From Pseudomonas phage HX1: a stretch of 43,113 bases of DNA. A model generated the notes under the pieces. It was not told where the DNA came from and searched no databases. It was given only the letters and a program-made list of their open reading frames with translations. The DNA is taken from sequence record MW406976.1; one strand, written 5' to 3'. Shown piece after piece: positions 24,963-35,300 of this stretch; position 1 is the stretch's first letter, and every line of letters starts with the position of its first letter. The translations under genes and the position numbers were made by a program.

Positions 24963-25970
24963 ATGAGCTTTCTGAACGACCTGACTCGTCCGAACTACGC
25001 TGGCAAGAACGCGGACGTTGACATCCACCTGGAAGAGCACCTCGGCATCGTCGATAAGCACTTCGCTTACACCTCCAAGTTCGCACCGCTGATGAACATC
25101 CGCGACCTGCGTGGCTCGAACGTGGTCCGCCTGGATCGCCTGGGTAACGTCGAGGCCAAGGGTCGCCGCGCCGGTGAAGAGCTGGAGCGCAGCCGAGTCG
25201 TGAACGACAAGTGGAACCTGACCGTTGACACCCTGCTGTACCTCCGCCACCAGTTCGACCATCAGGACGAGTGGACCCAATCCTTCGACATGCGTAAGGA
25301 AGTCGCCGAGCTGGATGGCCAGGAACTGGCTCGCAAGTTCGACCAAGCCTGCCTGATCCAGGTGATCAAGGCTGCCGCGATGGACGCGCCGGTGGACCTG
25401 GAAGATGCGTTCTCGCCGGGCGTGCTGGAGAAACTGGACCTGACCGGCCTGACCGCCAAGCAGGCTGCCGACAAGATCGTCCGCATGCACCGCCGCGTAG
25501 TCGAGACCTTCATCGACCGCGACCTGGGCGATGCGGTCTACTCCGAGGGCCTGACCCCGATGTCGCCGCGTGTGTTCAGCCTGCTGCTGGAGCACGACAA
25601 GCTGATGAACGTCGAGTACCAGGCAACCGGCGCGACCAACGACTACGTGAAGTCCCGCGTGGCCATCCTCAACGGCGTCAAGGTGCTGGAGACTCCGCGC
25701 TTCGCCACCAAGGCAATCGCAGCCCACCCGCTGGGCCGTCACTTCAACGTGAGCGCCGAGGAGTCCGAGCGCCAGATCGCCCTGTTCCTCCCGAGCAAGA
25801 CCCTGATCACCGCCCAAGTGGCGCCGGTCCAGGCCAAGCTGTGGGAAGACAACGAGAAATTCTCGTGGGTCCTGGATACCTTCCAGATGTACAACATCGG
25901 TGCCCGTCGTCCGGACACCGCTGGTGCCATCGAACTGAAGGGTATCGGCGCCTTCGACATCACCGCGTGA
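24963..25970 (+). CDS. Major capsid protein, 335 aa
   Basis: Size, position, and tandem terminators downstream. Confidence 0.85.
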
Positions 25971-25977
25971 TGCCACG

Positions 25978-26007
25978 AAACCCCGCACTTCGGTGTGGGG
26001 TTTCTTC
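25978..26007 (+). terminator. Intrinsic terminator 1 after the capsid gene (AAACCCCGCAC, TTCG, GTGTGGGGTTT, then CTTC)
   Basis: 11-bp stem with one G.U pair and a T-rich tail. Confidence 0.6.
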
Positions 26008-26018
26008 AAAGCCCAACG

Positions 26019-26054
26019 ACCCGCGCAGATTCCCTGCGTGGGTTTTTGCGCTTT
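26019..26054 (+). terminator. Intrinsic terminator 2 (ACCCGCGCAG, ATTCC, CTGCGTGGGT, then TTTTGCGCTTT)
   Basis: 10-bp stem followed by a T-tract. Confidence 0.6.
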
Positions 26055-26066
26055 AGGAGAAACCCT

Positions 26067-26621
26067 ATGCTACTACTCGACGCAGTGAATGTCATCCTGC
26101 GCAAGATCGGCGAGCTGCCAATCCCGAGCATGGATGAGACGTATCCAACCATGGCCATCGCCCTCCCGGAGCTGGAAGATCAACGCATCCAGTTGCTGAC
26201 CCAAGGCTGGTGGTTCAACACCTGGTGGAAGCACAAGCTGACACCTGATCCCACGGGCCGCATCAACCTGCCCAAGGGCACCTTGGCATTCTACCCGGAT
26301 TCCCCGGACCTCCAGTGGGACGGCCTGGGAGTGCGAGATGCCAACACCGGCGACGACCGCATCGGTAAGTCGGTCGAGGGCCGATTGGTGCTGTCTCGGG
26401 AGTGGGACCGTATCCCGGAGATCGCACAGCGCGTCATTGCGCACCAGGCTGCGCTCGCGGTATACACCCACGAGATTGGACCGGACGAGACCGCCCAGGT
26501 CATCGCCCAGGAATTGCAGGCGTATCAGAACGAACTGTCCCGCATGCACACCCGATCACGTCCGCTGAACACCCAGGCCAAGCGTAGCTTCAGCCGGTGG
26601 CGGCGCAGCTTGAGGACCTGA
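26067..26621 (+). CDS. Tail tubular protein A (T7 gp11-like), 184 aa
   Basis: AGGAGA RBS 6 nt upstream; gene order. Confidence 0.75.
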   Translation: MLLLDAVNVILRKIGELPIPSMDETYPTMAIALPELEDQRIQLLTQGWWFNTWWKHKLTPDPTGRINLPKGTLAFYPDSPDLQWDGLGVRDANTGDDRIGKSVEGRLVLSREWDRIPEIAQRVIAHQAALAVYTHEIGPDETAQVIAQELQAYQNELSRMHTRSRPLNTQAKRSFSRWRRSLRT

Positions 26622-26623
26622 GC

Positions 26624-29104
26624 ATGAGCTACAAGCAATCCGCGTATCCCAATCTGCTGATGGGTGTGAGCCAGCAGGTGCCCTTCGAGCGCCTGCCGGG
26701 CCAGCTCAGTGAGCAGATCAACATGGTATCCGATCCCGTGTCAGGACTTCGGCGGCGCAGCGGTATCGAGCTGATGGCCCACCTGCTGCATACCGACCAG
26801 CCCTGGCCGAGGCCGTTCCTCTACCACACGAACCTCGGTGGCCGCAGCATTGCGATGCTGGTGGCGCAGCACCGTGGTGAGCTGTACCTGTTCGACGAGC
26901 GGGACGGTCGCCTGCTGATGGGTCAGCCCCTGGTGCATGACTACCTCAAGGCCGACGATTACAGGCAGCTACGGGCCGCTACGGTGGCTGACGACCTGTT
27001 CATCGCCAACCTGAGCGTGAAGCCTGAAGCCGACCGCACCGATGTCAAGGGTGTGGACCCCAACAAGACTGGCTGGCTGTACATCAAGGCAGGGCAGTAT
27101 TCGAAGGCATTCTCCCTGACCATCAAGGTCAAGGACAACGCCACGGGCACCACCTACAGTCACACGGCCACCTACGTGACACCGGACAACGCCAGCACGA
27201 ACCCCAACCTCGCTGAGGCACCGTTCCAAACGAGCGTGGGCTACATCGCTTGGCAGCTCTACGGCAAGTTCTTCGGGGCGCCGGAGTACACCCTGCCCAA
27301 CTCCACGAAGAAATACCCGAAGGTAGACCCGGACGCCAACGCGGCAACCATAGCCGGCTACCTCAACCAACGGGGCGTGCAGGACGGGTACATCGCATTC
27401 CGTGGCGACGCCGATATCCACGTTGAAGTGTCCACGGATATGGGCAACAACTACGGCATCGCGTCAGGTGGTATGAGCCTCAATGCTACGGCGGACCTGC
27501 CGGCCTTGCTGCCGGGAGTCGGCGCCCCTGGTGTGGGGGTGCAGTTCATGGACGGCGCTGTCATGGCCACCGGCTCTACCAAGGCCCCGGTATACTTCGA
27601 GTGGGATTCCGCTAACCGCCGCTGGGCAGAGCGGGCCGCCTACGGCACCGATTGGGTCCTGAAGAAGATGCCACTGGCCCTGCGCTGGGATGAGGCTACC
27701 GACACCTACAGCTTGAACGAGCTGGAGTATGATCGACGTGGCTCCGGCGACGAGGATACGAACCCCACGTTCAACTTCGTCACCCGAGGCATCACCGGCA
27801 TGACGACCTTCCAGGGTCGCCTCGTCCTCCTGTCGCAGGAGTACGTCTGCATGTCGGCCAGTAACAATCCGCACCGCTGGTTCAAGAAGTCGGCAGCCGC
27901 GCTGAACGACGACGATCCTATCGAGATCGCAGCCCAGGGGAGCCTGACTGAGCCGTACGAGCACGCGGTCACCTTCAACAAGGACTTGATCGTCTTCGCC
28001 AAGAAGTATCAGGCCGTGGTCCCCGGTGGCGGCATTGTAACTCCCCGGACGGCGGTTATCAGCATCACCACGCAGTACGACCTCGATACCAGGGCGGCAC
28101 CTGCCGTGACTGGCCGCAGTGTATACTTCGCTGCGGAGCGTGCCCTGGGTTTCATGGGCCTGCATGAGATGGCCCCGTCTCCGTCCACGGACAGCCACTA
28201 CGTCGCCGAAGACGTTACCAGCCACATCCCGAGCTACATGCCGGGGCCTGCTGAGTACATCCAGGCGGCGGCCTCCAGCGGCTACCTGGTGTTCGGCACC
28301 AGCACGGCGGACGAGATGATCTGCCACCAGTACCTCTGGCAGGGCAACGAGAAAGTGCAGAACGCGTTTCATCGCTGGACGTTGCGGCATCAGATCATCG
28401 GCGCCTACTTCACTGGCGACAACCTGATGGTTCTGATTCAGAAGGGCCAGGAGATCGCCCTGGGACGGATGCACCTGAACAGCCTGCCAGCCCGTGAGGG
28501 TCTGCAATATCCGAAGTACGATTACTGGCGGCGTATCGAGGCGACCGTCGATGGTGAGCTGGAACTGACCAAGCAGCATTGGGACCTGATCAAGGATGCC
28601 TCTGCCGTATACCAGCTCCAGCCCGTGGCCGGTGCCTACATGGAACGTACCCACCTCGGCGTGAAGCGCGAGACGAATACGAAGGTGTTCCTCGACGTGC
28701 CCGAGGCCGTAGTCGGTGCCGTGTACGTGGTCGGCTGTGAGTTCTGGTCCAAGGTGGAGTTCACTCCGCCGGTGCTACGGGACCACAACGGGCTGCCCAT
28801 GACCGCGACCCGCGCAGTGCTCCACCGGTACAGCGTGAACTTCGGATGGACTGGCGAGTTCCTGTGGCGCATCAGCGACACGGCCCGCCCTAACCAGCCG
28901 TGGTACGACACGACGCCCCTGCGGCTGTTCAGTCGGCAACTCAACGCCGGCGAGCCACTGGTGGATAGTGCCGTGGTGCCGCTGCCGGCCAGGGTGGACA
29001 TGGCCACGTCCAAGTTCGAGTTGAGCTGCCATAGTCCGTACGACATGAACGTCCGGGCTGTCGAGTACAACTTCAAGTCCAACCAAATCTACCGGAGGGT
29101 GTGA
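26624..29104 (+). CDS. Tail tubular protein B (T7 gp12-like), 826 aa
   Basis: Size and order; GAGGA RBS. Confidence 0.8.
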   Translation: MSYKQSAYPNLLMGVSQQVPFERLPGQLSEQINMVSDPVSGLRRRSGIELMAHLLHTDQPWPRPFLYHTNLGGRSIAMLVAQHRGELYLFDERDGRLLMGQPLVHDYLKADDYRQLRAATVADDLFIANLSVKPEADRTDVKGVDPNKTGWLYIKAGQYSKAFSLTIKVKDNATGTTYSHTATYVTPDNASTNPNLAEAPFQTSVGYIAWQLYGKFFGAPEYTLPNSTKKYPKVDPDANAATIAGYLNQRGVQDGYIAFRGDADIHVEVSTDMGNNYGIASGGMSLNATADLPALLPGVGAPGVGVQFMDGAVMATGSTKAPVYFEWDSANRRWAERAAYGTDWVLKKMPLALRWDEATDTYSLNELEYDRRGSGDEDTNPTFNFVTRGITGMTTFQGRLVLLSQEYVCMSASNNPHRWFKKSAAALNDDDPIEIAAQGSLTEPYEHAVTFNKDLIVFAKKYQAVVPGGGIVTPRTAVISITTQYDLDTRAAPAVTGRSVYFAAERALGFMGLHEMAPSPSTDSHYVAEDVTSHIPSYMPGPAEYIQAAASSGYLVFGTSTADEMICHQYLWQGNEKVQNAFHRWTLRHQIIGAYFTGDNLMVLIQKGQEIALGRMHLNSLPAREGLQYPKYDYWRRIEATVDGELELTKQHWDLIKDASAVYQLQPVAGAYMERTHLGVKRETNTKVFLDVPEAVVGAVYVVGCEFWSKVEFTPPVLRDHNGLPMTATRAVLHRYSVNFGWTGEFLWRISDTARPNQPWYDTTPLRLFSRQLNAGEPLVDSAVVPLPARVDMATSKFELSCHSPYDMNVRAVEYNFKSNQIYRRV

Positions 29105-29649
29105 TGGCTTTCTGGCTACCACTATTGGCCGCTGGCGGCATGTCAGCCCTTCAGCAGGGTATGGCCAACAAGGGAGAGCGCAAGAAGATCAAGGCTGAGA
29201 ACAAGGCTCGACTGAAGGCGGACCTCGACAACCTAGGCGCCGCTGCCCGCGACATCGCCAACCTGGGCGTCATGGCCGCTAGCTACCGCAAGCAGGCCGT
29301 GGCCTCGCAGGTGGAGGCCAAGCGCCAGGGGATGCTCGCCGGCGGCAGTGCCGAGGCTCAGGCCGGCGCGTTCGGCGTCAAGGGTGCATCCGTGGATGCG
29401 GTGGCCCTGGACATCGAGCGCGAGGTCGGGGAGGCCCTGATCCAGATTGACGACAACCTGGACAACCAGATGTGGAACCTCGCCGAGCAGGCGCACTCCA
29501 TCCAGGCTCAGGCGAAGGCCGGCCTGCTGGGGCAGAAGAGTACCACGGTGGGGCAACGGTCCCCGCTGGTGGCCGGCCTGATGTCGGCGGGTTCCCTGTA
29601 CGCAAGTCAATACTTCAAGTTCGGCGCCACGCCTAAAGGAGGCAACTGA
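29101..29649 (+). CDS. Internal virion protein A, 182 aa
   Basis: ATGA overlap; gene order. Confidence 0.7.
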   Translation: MMAFWLPLLAAGGMSALQQGMANKGERKKIKAENKARLKADLDNLGAAARDIANLGVMAASYRKQAVASQVEAKRQGMLAGGSAEAQAGAFGVKGASVDAVALDIEREVGEALIQIDDNLDNQMWNLAEQAHSIQAQAKAGLLGQKSTTVGQRSPLVAGLMSAGSLYASQYFKFGATPKGGN

Positions 29650-32345
29650 TGGCGGAATCGCAACGTGCTTCCCAAGAGCTTGGGATCAACGTCGGACAGA
29701 CGCAACTCCAGCCGGGCCAGAGTGCCCGGCGCGGGGTGCGCGACTCCGAAGTCAACTACAGCGGGCCGAGTGTAGGCTCGCAGATTCTCGACGGCATCTT
29801 GGGTGCAGGTCAGCAGATCGCTGGTAAGTGGTTCGAGCACAACGTGCAGCAGGAGGTGCTGCGCGGTGAGCGTGCCCGTATGGCGGGCGAGGCCGAGGAG
29901 GCCGTCGATAGCAACATCCTGGCCAAGCCCTTCGTGAAGGGCGGCTGGCGCAAGCAGGACTACCGCATCGCTCAGGCCGACTTCAGCCTCAAGATGCAGC
30001 GATTCATCGCCAACAAGGGCCGGGAGATGACTCCCGAGGAGTTCCGCAAGTACCTGTCCCAGGAGGCTACGCACGTCCTGGACTCGACCGAGGGCATGAA
30101 CCCCAACGATGCCTTACAGGCGCTGGCGCAGCAGCAGAAGGCCGAGGAACAGCTATTCGGCATGCAGGCTAAGGCGTACATGGACTGGTCCATCGACCAG
30201 GCCGCCCGTGGCTTCCGCACCCAGGGTAACAGCATCCTGGCCAAGGCTGTGCAGGCTCAGGCCACCGGCGACGAACTGTCCCGGCAGCTCAGCCTGGAAG
30301 AGGCCGGCCTGTTCTATACCAACATCATGACCTCCGAGGATATCCCGCTGGAGGTGCGCGACAAGGTAGGCATGCAGTTCCTGGCGGCCAGCCTGGACAT
30401 GAACCAGCGGGGCATCTATGAGGGCCTGCGCGATGCCGGGTTCCTGGACAGTATGTCCTTTGACGACCGGCGTGCGCTCAACGGCCTCTATGAAAAATCG
30501 AAGGCACAGACCCGTGCCAAGGAATCGATGGCTACCCTGCGGGCCGACGCGGACTTCCAGCAGCGGGTGGCCAACGGCGCCATCACAGACCTTGCCGAGG
30601 TTGAGGCGTACTCACGAGGCATGGTCGAGGAGGGCCGCTGGAGCGACGCTCAGGCCATCTCGTTCATGACCAAGGCCATGACCGGCCTGGGCAACGCTCA
30701 GCGCATGCAGGGCATCATGGCGGCCTTGGAAGCCGGAGACATCAACGCCCTCCACACGCTGGGTACCAACGTCACCGAGGCGCTGGAGCAGTGGGACAAG
30801 ATGCAGGCCGCCAACGGCTCAAGCCTGACTGACCGTCTCGTGCAGGGCACACAGCTCGGCCTGCGCCTGGGGACCTTCCCCAAGACCTACGGCGAGTCCG
30901 TAGGCAGCGCGGTGCGCATGATCCAGGCCGCCAAGGAAGGCGAGGCAAACCCGGAGCTGGTCAACACGCTGAACAGCATCTTCGAACAGGTGGCCTCGGC
31001 CCAGGAGATCAACCCATCCGCCGGCAACGTGATGCTATCCGGTATCCCGGAAGCCGAACAGGGCGCCGTGGCCTGGGCACTCAAGCAGATGAAGATGGGC
31101 ATCGCACCAGCTCAAGCTCTGCGCGAGTTTAGCGCCAACGCTGAAGTCGTGAAGCAGATGGACGAGTTCGAGAAAGGCCAGAACACCAAGGCATTCAAGG
31201 ACAACCTCGGTAAGCAGGTCAACGACAAGTTCGTGAACAACATCTTCGGTCGAGCCTGGAACATGCTGACCGGCGAGAGCGACCTGAGCAACAACGAGGC
31301 CGTCCTGAGCATGTATCGCCGGGCGACCATCGACGAGGCGAACTGGCTGGCCAGCGACCGCAAGCATGCGGGTCTGCTCACCAGCGACACGGGCCGCGAG
31401 GCCCTGCTGGAGATCGCCGCCGCCAACGTACGCAACCGCACCATCCAGGTGGGCGAGGGTCGCAACCTGAAGGAGGGGGACCTGTTCAGCCGACGCGATA
31501 GCGCGCCGCTGATCCTGCCTCGCGGCACCACCGCCGAGCAGCTATTCGGGACCAACGACACCGAGACCATCGGAACCGTCCTGGCCGAGCAGCACAAGCC
31601 GCATGTCGAAGGACTCCTCGGCTACAAGTCGGTAGTCGCCTTCGAGTACGACCGCACCAGTGGCAGCCTCCTCGCCGTCGAGTACGACGAGAACGGTGTG
31701 GCCCTGGACCGCACGCGGGTTGATCCCCAGGCAGTCGGCAACGAGGTGCTCAAGCGCAACGCGGATAAGCTGAATGCGATGCGGGGCGCCGAGTACGGTG
31801 CCAACGTCAAGGTCAGCGGCACGGACATTCGCATGAACGGGGGCAACAGTGCCGGCATGCTGAAGCAGGACGTGTTCAACTGGCGGAAGGAACTGGCTCA
31901 ATTCGAGGCTTACCGAGGGGAGGCGTATAAGGATGCCGATGGTTATAGTGTGGGCCTGGGGCATTACCTGGGCAGTGGCAATGCTGGGGCAGGTACTACA
32001 GTCACGCCTGAGCAAGCCGCGCAGTGGTTCGCCGAGGACACCGACCGCGCACTCGACCAGGGTGTGAGGTTGGCCGACGAGCTGGGCGTTACGAACAATG
32101 CCTCTATCCTGGGATTGGCCGGTATGGCCTTCCAGATGGGCGAAGGACGTGCCCGGCAGTTCCGTAACACCTTCCAGGCGATCAAGGATCGCAACAAGGA
32201 AGCCTTCGAGGCTGGTGTGCGAAACAGCAAGTGGTACACGCAGACGCCCAACCGGGCCGAGGCATTCATCAAGCGCATGGCGCCCCACTTCGATACACCG
32301 AGTCAAATCGGTGTCGATTGGTACAGCGCCGCAACAGCGGAGTAA
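29649..32345 (+). CDS. Internal virion protein B with C-terminal lysozyme-like peptidoglycan hydrolase domain, 898 aa
   Basis: Same length as the phiKMV gp36-type protein; lysozyme-like C-terminus YKDADGYSVGLGHY... Confidence 0.8.
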   Translation: MAESQRASQELGINVGQTQLQPGQSARRGVRDSEVNYSGPSVGSQILDGILGAGQQIAGKWFEHNVQQEVLRGERARMAGEAEEAVDSNILAKPFVKGGWRKQDYRIAQADFSLKMQRFIANKGREMTPEEFRKYLSQEATHVLDSTEGMNPNDALQALAQQQKAEEQLFGMQAKAYMDWSIDQAARGFRTQGNSILAKAVQAQATGDELSRQLSLEEAGLFYTNIMTSEDIPLEVRDKVGMQFLAASLDMNQRGIYEGLRDAGFLDSMSFDDRRALNGLYEKSKAQTRAKESMATLRADADFQQRVANGAITDLAEVEAYSRGMVEEGRWSDAQAISFMTKAMTGLGNAQRMQGIMAALEAGDINALHTLGTNVTEALEQWDKMQAANGSSLTDRLVQGTQLGLRLGTFPKTYGESVGSAVRMIQAAKEGEANPELVNTLNSIFEQVASAQEINPSAGNVMLSGIPEAEQGAVAWALKQMKMGIAPAQALREFSANAEVVKQMDEFEKGQNTKAFKDNLGKQVNDKFVNNIFGRAWNMLTGESDLSNNEAVLSMYRRATIDEANWLASDRKHAGLLTSDTGREALLEIAAANVRNRTIQVGEGRNLKEGDLFSRRDSAPLILPRGTTAEQLFGTNDTETIGTVLAEQHKPHVEGLLGYKSVVAFEYDRTSGSLLAVEYDENGVALDRTRVDPQAVGNEVLKRNADKLNAMRGAEYGANVKVSGTDIRMNGGNSAGMLKQDVFNWRKELAQFEAYRGEAYKDADGYSVGLGHYLGSGNAGAGTTVTPEQAAQWFAEDTDRALDQGVRLADELGVTNNASILGLAGMAFQMGEGRARQFRNTFQAIKDRNKEAFEAGVRNSKWYTQTPNRAEAFIKRMAPHFDTPSQIGVDWYSAATAE

Positions 32346-32348
32346 GAC

Positions 32349-35300
32349 ATGGCAAAGCAATTCAAGGGCCGCATGACGCCCAAGTATCCCCTTGACCAAG
32401 CACAGCTCGACGAGGCCCAAGTACAGGGCCAACTCGACACGGTGCCTACCGTGGGGTTCGACGCCCTGACGGGTGGCGAGATCGGAGAACGGAACGTGGC
32501 AGCGGGCCAACGAGCCAATGCGCGGGAACTGGAACGCATCGTAGCGGACCAGGAACTGCCGGCCCTTGACCGTGCTTCCGCACTCTGGAACCAGTCCACC
32601 CTCGTCGGACGCTGGGGCGATGCGCTCCAGCTCGACGCAGACCTTGCGGCGAGCAGTACAGGCGAGGTGGACCCTAACTTCGACGCTGGGACCTATGGGG
32701 TCCAGGCGCTCCAGGCGGCAGGTATCCAGCCGACTGACAACTATCTCCAGATCATGGCCCGTGCCGGCAATGCCGAGGACGCGGCCTACCTCCTGTCGAG
32801 GATTCAACGGTATGAGCAGGACGAGCAAATCGTGCGGGACAACCCGTACTGGAACTTCGCGGCTGGCATGCTGGACCCTGCCGCTCTGGCAGTTGATGCG
32901 GTTACTTTCGGCGCTGGCCGTGCTCTGCGGCTCGGTCGTGCTGGCATGGCTGCTGCTGGCGGCGCTGGGCAAGTCGGGTATGTTGCTGGGCTGGATGCCG
33001 CAGGGGCCGACGTGGATGCCGGAACCTACATCGTGGCGGGTGCTCTTGGCGCTGGCGTGGGTGCTCTGCTGGGGTCGGGTGCGGGACGTATTGCCGCAGA
33101 AGCCCCAACGCAGCCGCATGTGCCCGAAGTATCGGCGCCTACTGTCGGGCTGCCAGAAGTAGCCATGACCGCCGAGGAGGCCGCCGCACGCGGATTCAAG
33201 GCCGGTGACGTGGTAGACCTGCTGGACGAGGGTACCGTGCTGTCCCGTGTCAGCGCCAAGGTGGAACAGGCTGAGATACCGGCCATCCCGCGACGTGACA
33301 CGGCCTTCGGCGACGAGCTGCATAGCCTGTCGGGCCGGAAGCTGTCTGAGGTCCTGGATCACCTCAAGACCCACGCAGAGGTGCCCAAGCCGCTCCAGGG
33401 CATCGCCGCCAAGGTGGCTGATACCATCAGGACCCTGGAGGGCCTGGGGCAGCGTACCGCGTTCCGTGTGGTGCAGGGCGGTGACACTGCCAGCTCTGCC
33501 TTCCTCAAACCGGGTACGGCGGGGATTCACTCCACCCAGGGCCTCGACACCTTGGTCCAGGTACGCGGCAGCACCGCACCTGGCCGAGTTGGCACCAACC
33601 CGGTGACCGTGCTCCACGAGGCGGTTCACGCTGCCACCGTGGGCGTGATGAACGCCGCCTTGCGGAATCCTGGCGCGATGAGTCCGAAGGTGGCTCAGGC
33701 CATGCAGACCCTGGAGAACGTCCGGGGTAACGTGCTCAACGCCCTGAAGCAGGACCGCGCCGCCGGTCGGCAACTGTCCGAGTTCGAGGAGACGCTTCTG
33801 GCCGGCAACTCCAACACCCTGGCCAACGTCAAGGAACTGGTGGCTTGGGGCCTGACGGATACCCGCTTCCAACGGACCCTGAACCGCCTCCGATACAGCG
33901 ACGGCGGGCCGGGCCTGTGGTCCCGCTTCGTGGAGGGCATCCGCACCCTACTGGGTCTGCGGTCCGATGCTGACACGGCCCTGAGCCGCGTCCTGGCCGC
34001 CTCTGAGACGATTATGGAGGCCATGCCCGGCTACACTAAGGCGCAGGCCAAGTGGGCCAACAAGGGCGCTCCGGTAACCGAGGAGGCCAGCCTGGAGACC
34101 ATCGTACGGACCACCCGTGAACGTGCCCGTGAGGGTGCCGGCTTCGTGAACAGGTTCTTCAGCGAGGCGGACCTCCTGGCACAGCCTGGAGAGGGCGCAC
34201 GGCGACTTCTGAGCCGTCTTATCGACGACCCGGTACGTCGGGATGGGTTCAGCACGAACGACAACGCAGCGAGCTATCTCCGCCGCTATCGGAACGAGTT
34301 CGAGGGCTACGTGAAGTCCTACGACGAGATGATGGCCAAGGCAATGGCTGAGCAGGGTGTGGGCCTGACGGCACGTGCGCTGAACTCCCGCCGCGCCATG
34401 GCAGTCCGGGACCAGCTCAACGAGCAGGTCACCCGCGAGCTGCTGCGCCGGGACCGGGAGTGGACCGCCTATGGTAGCGTCCGTGTAGACCCGAACCTGC
34501 CGCCGACCATCAAGGCCCTGGCCGACCGCTCAGACGAGATTCACGGTCTGATGGGCCAGCGCGCCAGGGAAGCCGGTGTGCGTGGCTTCGAGGACTTCGC
34601 TCCCCGACCGGGGTACTTCCACCGTTCATGGAACTGGTCGAAGATGGCGCAGATGGACGAGGCCGCCCCTGGCCTGGCCCGCCGTGCCATCAGCGAGGCC
34701 GTGTTCCGTGGCATCCCTGGGCTGGAGCGCGCCGACGCCGATACCATCGCACAGGCCATTGTGCAGCGGGCGCGGGATCGGGCCACCGGAATCCGCTCCG
34801 AGTTCATGGGCGCGATGGGCGTGGCGGACACGGCATTCATCCGGCAGGCGCTGGAGGAGGCCAACGTGTCCCAGGCCAAGTTCGACAGCATCATGGCCAA
34901 GATCGAGCAGAAGCAGTCCGACCAAGGCACCGTCAAGTACGGCAAGGGCCGGCTGTCGCTGGACATGACCGCCGAGATCAACCACAACGGCACCGTGTAT
35001 CGGGTGCAGGACCTGATCGACCGAGACCTGGACCGGCTGATGGAGAACTACGCCGGCAGTATGTCGGGCCGCTCAGCATTGGCCCGCGCAGGCATGCCGG
35101 GGGACTCGGAGATCGAAGCCTTCATCCGGGAGTACCAGCGAGAGGCAGCCCACCTGGGCACCGATAAGGTGCAGGAGCTGACGGGGCAACTGCGGGGAGT
35201 CTTCGGGGACTTCACCGGCAACGTGCCGAGGGAGCATCAGCTCGGCCCGGTTGCTCAGCGGGCCAGCGGCCTGACCAGCGCCACCATGCTGGGATTCTCA

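Noticed and set aside
12301-35167. Long + strand ORFs nested out of frame inside DNAP, RNAP, the 1337-aa gene and others (12301..12921, 13711..14400, 19645..20556, 32566..33162, 34628..35167)
   Set aside because: They sit in alternative frames of well-supported large genes with poor third-position GC; high GC suppresses stop codons.
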